NCBI GenBank assembly: GCA_964428195.1
Contig: CAYRXC010000002.1
Span: 1 to 59,708 of the forward strand
Direction: 5' to 3'
DNA length: 59,708 nt
Origin: an uncultured Muribaculaceae bacterium
GTDB taxonomy: Bacteria > Bacillota_I > Bacilli_A > RF39 > UBA660
Shown piece after piece: positions 9,001-16,109 of the stretch; the first letter of the stretch is position 1, and each line of letters begins with the position of its first letter. Made by a program: the position numbers and the translations under genes. The notes beneath the pieces were generated by a model that was not told the origin of the DNA, made no database searches, and saw nothing but the letters and a program-made list of their open reading frames with translations.

Positions 9001-10459
9001 TGCAAATAAATGGGTTAGTCAAAATCAAGTAACTATTAAATATGAATCGTTAGATATGGTTGCAATTGGTCCAACTATAAAAGGGCTTATAGCAGGTTCA
9101 GGAGTCAAGGAATATCAATACACACATGATGATGTTAAAGCAAAAGAAGCAAAAGACATCAAAATAGAAGGTATAACTAATAATATTCAAATGATTTTCC
9201 CTGAAAGCAATTTGAATAAGTACGTATATGTTAGAGCGGTTGATAATTTAGGAAATATTGGTCCGTGGACGGCAAAACCTTCTTGGTTAAACATGGATAC
9301 TGTTCCACCTGCACCAACTACATTAAGTTTCTTAGAAAACTCTAATAATACATCTAATGTAAAAATACTATTTAAGTTTACCGATAATTCAAGTCCAAAA
9401 ATGAGTGGATTTGGAAAATATGAATATACGTTAAATGCTGGGGCAGCAATTGTTAAGACAACAGAATCAGAGCCATTGATATTAACAACTCCTGGTACAT
9501 ATTCTCTATCTGCTTGGAGTTTCGATAAAGCTGGAAATAAGAGTGCGAGTCCTGGTACGCTTGGTGGAATTAAGGTAACTAATCCTCCAAAACCAACACC
9601 AACACCACCGTCACAACCATCAACAGATTGTTCTGGAGCTGGAATGTCAATTGCATTGAGCGGTGTAACTTCAGCAAAAGTTGGAGATACAGTATCATTA
9701 GTAGTGACAACCGGAGGAAATGTATCAGCTTGCGGATTCACCATAAGTTGTGGCAAAGGAATTGGAACAACAGCAAGTTATACAAATGGAATGTGTCAAT
9801 ATAAGATAACGAGTTATCCAGATGTTGCATCAGAAGGTGCCGTAGGAACAACAAATGTTTCTGCTGCAATACTTGATAAGAGTGGAAATGTGGTTAAAAA
9901 TAATGGTTCAAATGTTATAGATTATCATAGAATCACTGTTGCTAATCCTACACCAACACCTCAATGTGTTAACAAATACAGATATATTATGACGAATAAC
10001 TATACAGGCTCAAATGCATATAGTGATTGGATTTATGTTTCAACATCAGCAGCAAAATCAGCTTGCGAAGGTACCCCAAAATATAAAGAAACGATTCCAA
10101 AAGCTGTTTGTACGACTACTACAAAGACAGTAAATTATACACAATATAGGTATAGAGGATATGATGATGATATGTTACCGCATGTAAGTAATTACATATA
10201 TGCATCTTCTACTAACGCTATTAATGCTTGTAAATCGACATATAGAGATTGCAGCGCAGAATCAAAAGTAAATACTAAAACCGAATATTTGTATATTTTA
10301 ACTGAAGCATTTACTAATAAGAAAACTACAAGTACTACTTCATACACTTCTTTGACAAACGCAATGAGTGCTTGTACATCACAATACTCAACATTAGTAA
10401 ATAATAGAGTATCTGTTGTAACTTGTTCGGCAGATACTACACCAAAATGTGTTTACTAG
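6035..10459 (+). CDS. Giant type-II-anchored surface protein with tandem Ig-like (DUF5011/HYR-type and Big_2-type) domains, PT linkers and a Cys-rich C-terminus
   Basis: I chose the ATG at 6035, preceded by the RBS AGGAG at 6025-6029, over the track start at 5975. An N/Y/D-rich cytoplasmic head is followed by the TM WKLVIIIVLALLFVFLFWYFLF. At least three units follow the pattern P.I.LKG...I..G..Y.(D/E)PGA.A.D..DG(D/N)I...I...G.Y.(I/V)TY.V.D..G. Big_2-like blocks are present (VTWASALPQYATIDENGKLLGIAKGSTKITVTT; VSWDF...). Linkers are PPKPTPTPPSQPS and NPTPTPQ. Confidence 0.7.
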   Translation: MSDNNDNKYQDQFQVPSGVNMSNGGSEGYNDTYYDQSYKDNKYNEYEEPKKSFPWKLVIIIVLALLFVFLFWYFLFGRGSTANTNIQYEKLSDELCEKAKEYVGKKDGYIDTATPGATAYVSLQDLVDDYAIPSEPIRDPRYKKSLFKKTEGSEYLSFNSYLRLFVMANGQVSCEGLVDTGEDHTKPILTLKGTTPVKIAKGTNFQDPGAKAVDDVDGDISDKIARSGNVDTLVVGEYKITYSVSDTSGNTTTIERLIVVEEYEEIEVTLGSNLDLITPQIELKGTNPYCVIVGQKYKEPGAIATDNIDGNITNRIKVDSSAVTGERTGNFRVTYEVSDTYGHKAIAYRSVMVRTTCPDLTAVETTVNSRPQIQLIGGTAITINIYEDYKDRGATAWDKEDGSLPVVLISNTVNTSRAGIYEVVYKATDSGGLSTTAKRIVTVKDPSAISNTASFSEVPAHMRIPLGSVQTIPVPTAKDSYGNALQVTVTIKDSSEAVVSAINFYRVETYRVEYFAKPANGVGQTVHRNVTIYDDVAPTITIADKVYIPVRTANCDLTIVDLKASGMVVSDAPNEVAPNVILTGGENKMCTLNSTGADIEVYAQDASGNKSPVRKIKLYVLDNQGGQDPTSVEIGNCGTNGELSIFIGDQAILNAQVYPTNANDMRVTWASALPQYATIDENGKLLGIAKGSTKITVTTVKGGKTDTCNIVVKERQEYIPVTGVDIAGCESGTMTMTVGTSKTLSAVVKPTNATNKSVSWDFGTFEPAAILIPKCTNSVKELRTEDIVSNCLANSTPTGDWVSMCVEITPKCIGGSPVIAANKVGQHTISVTTADGNKTKSCVVKVVEKGQDTTAPSKVIVKSNTANANDPYNKNGSWYGGTLGRTITITVESTDPESKIARFEAGYPTTLREYNLDGQVIGTINKIFTITPEVSQPNIGKLVISEDMAKEISFIAINESGLVSELSDPVIVKLDNSGPTTNFTAWIEDANKWVSQNQVTIKYESLDMVAIGPTIKGLIAGSGVKEYQYTHDDVKAKEAKDIKIEGITNNIQMIFPESNLNKYVYVRAVDNLGNIGPWTAKPSWLNMDTVPPAPTTLSFLENSNNTSNVKILFKFTDNSSPKMSGFGKYEYTLNAGAAIVKTTESEPLILTTPGTYSLSAWSFDKAGNKSASPGTLGGIKVTNPPKPTPTPPSQPSTDCSGAGMSIALSGVTSAKVGDTVSLVVTTGGNVSACGFTISCGKGIGTTASYTNGMCQYKITSYPDVASEGAVGTTNVSAAILDKSGNVVKNNGSNVIDYHRITVANPTPTPQCVNKYRYIMTNNYTGSNAYSDWIYVSTSAAKSACEGTPKYKETIPKAVCTTTTKTVNYTQYRYRGYDDDMLPHVSNYIYASSTNAINACKSTYRDCSAESKVNTKTEYLYILTEAFTNKKTTSTTSYTSLTNAMSACTSQYSTLVNNRVSVVTCSADTTPKCVY
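9962..10456 (+). repeat. Three protein-level Cys-containing repeats at the C-terminus of the giant surface protein
   Basis: The three units are KYRYIMTNNYTGSNAYSDWIYVSTSAAKSACEG, QYRYRGYDDDMLPHVSNYIYASSTNAINACKS and EYLYILTEAFTNKKTTSTTSYTSLTNAMSACTS. The consensus is xY(R/L)Y-x9-14-Y-x-S-x(S/T)xAxxAC. Confidence 0.6.
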
Positions 10460-10475
10460 GAGCATAATTAAAATA

Positions 10476-10515
10476 AAACTATTAACAATAAAAGTTGTTA
10501 ATAGTTTTTCTTTTA
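10476..10515 (+). terminator. Rho-independent terminator
   Basis: 12-bp stem AAACTATTAACA / TGTTAATAGTTT followed by TTCTTTT. Confidence 0.6.
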
Positions 10516-10524
10516 TGATATAAT
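10516..10524 (+). promoter_or_regulatory. Extended -10 promoter element (TGaTATAAT)
   Basis: Lies directly after the terminator, 25 nt upstream of the 10549 ATG. Confidence 0.4.
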
Positions 10525-10548
10525 ATTTTTAATATAAAGGAAGTATTT

Positions 10549-11244
10549 ATGAAGAATAAATTGATTATATTAATTATATTATTGCTTTTTTCAAGTGGAT
10601 GTACAATTGATTATAATTTGATAATAGATGAAGAATTGTTAGTAGACGAAATTGTAACTCTTAAAGAAAGCACATATGTAATTAAAACCCAAACATTAGA
10701 TGTTGATAATTTCTTGGATAGTACAATTAATGATTATAAAGAAGATTCTTTATATGACAAATATATTTATGAAAAACAAACAGATGACTTATATACATCT
10801 GTTGATGCAAAAGCAATCTATTTGGATTTTCAAGATTATTTAGAGAAGAATATAGTTAGAGAAATTGCATTTGATGATATAAAAATCACTAAGGAAGATA
10901 AGATATATGAATTCATATTTGCCGTTAAAGAATCAAGTGAAATAGATTTGTTTAATGAGTCAGAATTATATAGTAGTACTGTAGATGAAATAAGGGTTAA
11001 TATAACCTTGCCATTCAAGGTGCTCGCAAATAATTCTAATAATTTTGACATAGATAAGAACACATATACGTGGATTTATAAAAAAAATCAACAATTTAAT
11101 GATATAATGATTAAGTTTGATATAAGCAAGCAACCAATAAAAAGAGAAAATACAGCAATCTATTTTATTGCGGTTGTGATTATATCTATTATGTTATTCA
11201 GCATTATTGGTATATATAGATATAAAAAGTTTAACAAGTTATAG
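10549..11244 (+). CDS. Lipoprotein with an additional C-terminal TM helix
   Basis: The lipobox is LLFSSG-C. The C-terminal TM is AIYFIAVVIISIMLFSIIGIY, followed by RYKKFNK. Confidence 0.6.
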   Translation: MKNKLIILIILLLFSSGCTIDYNLIIDEELLVDEIVTLKESTYVIKTQTLDVDNFLDSTINDYKEDSLYDKYIYEKQTDDLYTSVDAKAIYLDFQDYLEKNIVREIAFDDIKITKEDKIYEFIFAVKESSEIDLFNESELYSSTVDEIRVNITLPFKVLANNSNNFDIDKNTYTWIYKKNQQFNDIMIKFDISKQPIKRENTAIYFIAVVIISIMLFSIIGIYRYKKFNKL

Positions 11245-11252
11245 GAGGACAT

Positions 11253-12068
11253 ATGACAATAGATACTGTTTGGACAATTGCAAAAAAAATATTGGATATT
11301 ATATTAGTATGGTTTGTATTTTATTATATTTTAAAAAACATTAGGAACAACGTAAAAATGACGATGCTTTTTAAGGGTATTATAATATTATTGATAATTA
11401 AATTAGTGAGTGATTTGCTTGGATTAGTAACCATAGGAATCATATTTGAATACTTAATTATGTGGGGGCCTTTAGCATTAGTAATTATTTTCCAACCTGA
11501 AATTAGAAGTGCGTTAGAGCAAATTGGAAGGACACAATTACTTGGTAGACACAAAACTCTTTCTATAGGCGAAAGAGAGGAACTAGTATTTGAATTAATT
11601 CAAGCTGTTGAATATTTTAAGAAAACTAAAATTGGAGCATTAATAGTAATCGAAAGAGATGTTAGTTTAAGAGATTATATCGAGAGATCAAAAAAGATAT
11701 ATGCAAAAATTTCTAGTGAACTATTAATTTCCATATTTTTCCCAAACAACCCTCTTCATGATGGAGGAGTAATAATACAGGGAGATAAAATATCTTCTGC
11801 CAGTGCAGTCTTTCCGACTAGTATTGATATGAGAATTGGAAAACGATTAGGAACAAGACATAGAGCGGCAATAGGTATTAGTGAAGAATCTGACTGTATT
11901 GCATTAATAGTATCAGAAGAAACAGGAAGAGTTTCTATTGCTATTAATGGAGAATTAAGCTATAACTTGACTTTAGAAGACACAAAGGAAATACTAATGG
12001 AAGAACTTGAACCTAAGACAGAAGAGTTTGAAGAAGTAGAGACAACAAAGGATGGTGAGCAAGAATGA
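11253..12068 (+). CDS. cdaA: Diadenylate cyclase CdaA (c-di-AMP synthase)
   Basis: Three N-terminal TMs plus a DAC domain with the DGA/RHR blocks (PLHDGGVIIQGDKI; LGTRHRAAIGISEESDCIALIVSEETGRVS). It is followed by cdaR. Confidence 0.9.
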   Translation: MTIDTVWTIAKKILDIILVWFVFYYILKNIRNNVKMTMLFKGIIILLIIKLVSDLLGLVTIGIIFEYLIMWGPLALVIIFQPEIRSALEQIGRTQLLGRHKTLSIGEREELVFELIQAVEYFKKTKIGALIVIERDVSLRDYIERSKKIYAKISSELLISIFFPNNPLHDGGVIIQGDKISSASAVFPTSIDMRIGKRLGTRHRAAIGISEESDCIALIVSEETGRVSIAINGELSYNLTLEDTKEILMEELEPKTEEFEEVETTKDGEQE

Positions 12069-13408
12069 TGAATATTAAACATTTTTTTAAGATAGTTGCA
12101 AAGACATTTGATAAATTTTTAATAACACCTATTTCAAAAGTTACTGTAAAAATTGTTGATTTTTTGAAAAATAAATTAAAAAACTTTGAAAAAGCTTTTA
12201 CTAAGAAGAGTAGTTTAATAATTATTTCACTAATATTTTCTCTACTTGTATTCTTTTTTATTGATACTAAATCAATATCGATTGCTGAAACAACAGCAGA
12301 AGTAATATATGGTCAAAAAGTAAATGCCATTTATAACGAAGAAGCCTATGTTATAGAGGGAATTCCAAATACTGTCGATATTACATTAATAGGAAGAAAA
12401 TCAGACTTATACTTAGCAAAACAATTACCTACTCATGATGTATCGCTTGACTTGAAGGAATTAAAACCGGGTACGCATAAGGTTTCATTAAAGTACAAGG
12501 GAGCTATCGAAAGCATTAATTATAAACTAGATCCATCAGTAGTTTCTGTCGTTATATATACAAAAATATCAGAAGTAAGAACTATTGATATTGACGTTGT
12601 TAATCAGGATAAACTTAATTCAAGATTAGTGGTTAGTGATATTAAAATAAATAGAGAAGAAGTAATAATTAAGGACGCTGAACATAAATTGAAGAATGTT
12701 GCAAGCATTAAAGCTTTGGTTGATATAGAAAATCTTTCTAAACCAGATGTTGGGGTTTTCGAATTAACTGACATTCCTCTAGTAGCTTATGATAACAAGG
12801 GGAATATTGTAGAAACTGAAACTGTCCCATCAAAGGTAACGGCATCAATTACTATTGCGTCTCCTAGCAAGGTAGTTCCAATCGTATTAGTTCCAAAGGG
12901 CTCTTTAGCTTTCGGAAAAGCAATTAGTTCGATTTCTAGCGATGTGGGAGAAGTAACTATTTATGGAGAACAAGGTGTTCTTGATAATATTTCATCAATA
13001 CCAATTGAAGTCAATATTGATAAAGTTGATTCTGATAGAAAAATAACCGCAACAATAGATAAACCTGTTGGAGTAAGATTTATTAACAAAAATAGTACCA
13101 TAGTCAACGTTATTGTTGGTGAAGAAACAAGCAAGGAAGTACAAGGAATTAAGATAAGCATAATTAATTTATCCGACAAATATAAAGCATTTGCCGTATC
13201 CAAAGATGACTCAGAAGTTGATGTCATAGTGAAAGGCGTTAGTGCTGTAATAGAAAGTGTTGATGCAACTTCGATAAAAGCAACAGTTGATCTTACTGGT
13301 TATGGAGTAGGAGAACACGAAATACCAATTAAAATAGAAGGAACAGACTTAAAGTTAGTATATGTTCCAAAAGTTAAAACAGTTACTATTCAAATTTCAA
13401 ACAAATAA
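12065..13408 (+). CDS. cdaR: CdaA regulator CdaR (YbbR-domain protein)
   Basis: One N-terminal TM followed by repeated YbbR-like beta modules (KV.L.Y....I.Y.LDPS.V.V). It is translationally coupled to cdaA (ATGATG overlap). Confidence 0.8.
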   Translation: MMNIKHFFKIVAKTFDKFLITPISKVTVKIVDFLKNKLKNFEKAFTKKSSLIIISLIFSLLVFFFIDTKSISIAETTAEVIYGQKVNAIYNEEAYVIEGIPNTVDITLIGRKSDLYLAKQLPTHDVSLDLKELKPGTHKVSLKYKGAIESINYKLDPSVVSVVIYTKISEVRTIDIDVVNQDKLNSRLVVSDIKINREEVIIKDAEHKLKNVASIKALVDIENLSKPDVGVFELTDIPLVAYDNKGNIVETETVPSKVTASITIASPSKVVPIVLVPKGSLAFGKAISSISSDVGEVTIYGEQGVLDNISSIPIEVNIDKVDSDRKITATIDKPVGVRFINKNSTIVNVIVGEETSKEVQGIKISIINLSDKYKAFAVSKDDSEVDVIVKGVSAVIESVDATSIKATVDLTGYGVGEHEIPIKIEGTDLKLVYVPKVKTVTIQISNK

Positions 13409-13414
13409 ATAATT

Positions 13415-13448
13415 AGGATTTACTGAAAAGTAAATCCTTTGATTTTTT
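13415..13448 (+). terminator. Rho-independent terminator
   Basis: AGGATTTAC-TGAAAA-GTAAATCCT followed by TTGATTTTTT. Confidence 0.65.
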
Positions 13449-13481
13449 GATTGTTAAATAATTGTTTTATATTAATAAAAA

Positions 13482-13490
13482 TGTTAAAAT
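13482..13490 (+). promoter_or_regulatory. Extended -10 promoter element (TGtTAAAAT) upstream of uvrB
   Basis: Sequence match lying 44 nt upstream of the uvrB ATG. Confidence 0.35.
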
Positions 13491-13533
13491 ACGTAATTGA
13501 CTATTACTCTATTTATTGAGAAAGGAGTTATTA

Positions 13534-15477
13534 ATGTTCGAATTAGTTTCAAGTTATGTTCCGTCTGGAGATCAACCAAAAGCAATAAATCAATTAGTTG
13601 AAGCTTTGAAAAATAAAGAAAAGCATCAAGTATTGTTAGGAGCAACAGGAACAGGTAAAACATTTACAATAGCTAATGTAATAAAAAAAGTTAATAAGCC
13701 AACATTGATTTTGGCACACAACAAGACACTTGCAGGGCAACTATATAGTGAATTTAAGGAATTGTTTCCGAATAATAGAGTTGAATATTTTGTCAGTTAT
13801 TACGATTATTATCAGCCTGAGGCATATGTTCCTAGCTCTGATACATATATAGAAAAGGATGCATCAATAAACGATGAAATTGATCAATTGCGACATAGTG
13901 CCACTTCTGCATTGTTGGATAGAAGAGATGTTATTGTTGTTGCAAGTGTATCATGTATATATGGAATTGGAGAAGTGGAAGAATATAAAAATCATATGTT
14001 GATATTGAGTGTAAACGAAACTGTTCAGAGAAATAGTATTTTAAATAGACTGATTGAAATGCTGTATGAAAGAAATAACGTTGACTTTAAAAGGGGAACA
14101 TTTAGGGTTAATGGCGATGTAATTGAAATTATTCCAAGCAATGAAATGGCAAATGGAGTTAGAATTGAATTGTTTGGTAATCAAATTGAAAGAATTTCTG
14201 AGTTTGAAGTTGTATCAGGAAAAGTAATAAAGGATATGAAAACTGTAAGCATATATCCGGCGAGTCATTTTGTTACTGATATAGAAAAATTAAAGATTAG
14301 TATTGAAAGAATTAAAGAAGAACTCAAAGATAGATTAAAAGAGTTAAAAGAAAACAATAAGCTATTAGAACATCAAAGATTAGAACAAAGAACCAATTAT
14401 GACATTGAAATGATGAGTGAGACTGGTTTTTGTAGTGGTATAGAAAATTACTCTAGGCATTTAGCCTTGAGAAACGAAGGTGAAACACCTACAACGTTAA
14501 TTGATTTTTTTCCTGATGATTTTTTATTAGTGATTGACGAATCACATGCTACTCTTCCTCAAGTAAGAGGTATGTATAATGGGGATAGATCAAGAAAACA
14601 GGTTTTGGTAGATTATGGGTTTAGACTCCCAAGCGCTTTGGATAATAGGCCATTAAAATTTGAAGAATTTGAAAAGAAAATAAACCAAGTTATATATGTA
14701 TCAGCAACACCAGGAGATTATGAATTAAATCTTGTTAATAATAGAATTGTAGAACAAATAATAAGACCAACCGGATTGTTAGATCCAACAATTGAAGTTA
14801 AATCAAGTAAAAATCAAATAGATGACCTAGTTAAAGAAATTAAATTAAGAACAGAGAAAAATGAAAGAGTACTTGTGACAACTCTCACAATTAAAATGTC
14901 TGAGGAGTTAACAAATTATTTAAAAAATTTAGATATAAAAGTTGCATATCTTCATAGTGAAATAAAAACACTAGAAAGAATTAAAATAATAAGAGAATTA
15001 AGATTGGGAACTTATGACGTGCTAGTTGGAATAAATTTATTGAGAGAAGGATTAGATATTCCCGAAGTAAGTTTGGTTGCAATATTAGATGCTGATAAAC
15101 AAGGCTTTTTAAGAAGTGATAGAAGCTTAATACAAACAATCGGAAGATGTTCAAGAAACTCTAATGGACATGTTATAATGTATGGAGATGTAATAAGTAA
15201 TAGTATGCAACTAGCTATAAAAGAAACAAATAGAAGAAGAGAAATACAAAATAATTATAATATAGAAAATAACATTATTCCTATTACAATTAAGAAGGAT
15301 ATAAGGGATTTAATATCTAATGAAAAGGATATAGAAGTCATAGCTAAGGATTCGAAGAAAAAGACTAGGTTTATACAAGAAGTAGAAAAAGAAATGTTAG
15401 AAGCGGCAAAGAAATTAGATTTTGAAAAGGCAGCAGAATTGAGAGACATTTTGTTTGAACTGAAACTTAACAAATAG
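13534..15477 (+). CDS. uvrB: Excinuclease ABC subunit B
   Basis: The sequence [17 protein letters not shown]...[10 protein letters not shown] is present, along with the DESH box ([11 protein letters not shown]). The C-terminal UVR motif is [13 protein letters not shown]. The ATG at 13534 is preceded by the RBS AAGGAG. Confidence 0.95.
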   Translation: MFELVSSYVPSGDQPKAINQLVEALKNKEKHQVLLGATGTGKTFTIANVIKKVNKPTLILAHNKTLAGQLYSEFKELFPNNRVEYFVSYYDYYQPEAYVPSSDTYIEKDASINDEIDQLRHSATSALLDRRDVIVVASVSCIYGIGEVEEYKNHMLILSVNETVQRNSILNRLIEMLYERNNVDFKRGTFRVNGDVIEIIPSNEMANGVRIELFGNQIERISEFEVVSGKVIKDMKTVSIYPASHFVTDIEKLKISIERIKEELKDRLKELKENNKLLEHQRLEQRTNYDIEMMSETGFCSGIENYSRHLALRNEGETPTTLIDFFPDDFLLVIDESHATLPQVRGMYNGDRSRKQVLVDYGFRLPSALDNRPLKFEEFEKKINQVIYVSATPGDYELNLVNNRIVEQIIRPTGLLDPTIEVKSSKNQIDDLVKEIKLRTEKNERVLVTTLTIKMSEELTNYLKNLDIKVAYLHSEIKTLERIKIIRELRLGTYDVLVGINLLREGLDIPEVSLVAILDADKQGFLRSDRSLIQTIGRCSRNSNGHVIMYGDVISNSMQLAIKETNRRREIQNNYNIENNIIPITIKKDIRDLISNEKDIEVIAKDSKKKTRFIQEVEKEMLEAAKKLDFEKAAELRDILFELKLNK

Positions 15478-15484
15478 AGGATAT

Positions 15485-16108
15485 ATGAAAATATTAAATA
15501 AAAAAGATATCAATATAGTTGTAGATCAATTATTGAAAGGAAAAGTTTTAATTTTGCCAACAGATACAATATATGGAATAGCGTGTGACGCAACAAACGA
15601 TGAAGCAATTGCAAAAGTATTTAATATCAAAAAAAGAGACTTAAATAAACCTTTGAATTTACATTTGAGAGATAAAAGTGAAGTTAATAAATATGCAGTT
15701 GTATCTAGTGAGTTAGAAAAGAAAATAATTGAAATTTTTATGCCAGGACCATTAACATTAATATTAGAGAAAAAGGATAGTGTGTCAGATTTATTGACTG
15801 CAAATATGCCTACGATAGGAATAAGGATTCCCAATGATGAATTCATAATGGAAGTAATAAGCAGAATAAAAAGACCTTTAGTGTTGACAAGTGCAAATAT
15901 TTCTAATAAAAAGCCTGCATCAAACCTAAGTGATATTGATATTAGCATAAAAACACAAATAGATTTTGCTGTAGATATTGGAGAAATCAATGAAGGAATA
16001 GAGTCGACAATTATAAAGGTAGAAAAAGAAAAGATTAAAATAATAAGAGAAGGAAAAATAAAAAGGGAAGAAATCGAAAAAGAGTTAAATAGTGAGAGAT
16101 GGAAGTAA
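15485..16108 (+). CDS. tsaC: L-threonylcarbamoyladenylate synthase, short YrdC/TsaC type
   Basis: YrdC-domain blocks: LPTDTIYGIACDATNDEAIAKVFNIKKRDLNKPL, PGPLTLIL, IGIRIP, LTSANIS. At 207 aa it has no Sua5 C-terminal domain. Confidence 0.8.
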   Translation: MKILNKKDINIVVDQLLKGKVLILPTDTIYGIACDATNDEAIAKVFNIKKRDLNKPLNLHLRDKSEVNKYAVVSSELEKKIIEIFMPGPLTLILEKKDSVSDLLTANMPTIGIRIPNDEFIMEVISRIKRPLVLTSANISNKKPASNLSDIDISIKTQIDFAVDIGEINEGIESTIIKVEKEKIKIIREGKIKREEIEKELNSERWK

Positions 16109-16109
16109 A

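Noticed and set aside
7981-9756. Minus-strand ORFs of 224 aa (7981-8655) and 189 aa (9187-9756) inside the giant surface-protein gene.
   Set aside because: They are antisense shadows of a repeat-rich, T/V/G/S-rich coding region. They have no start context, and their compositions mirror the sense strand.
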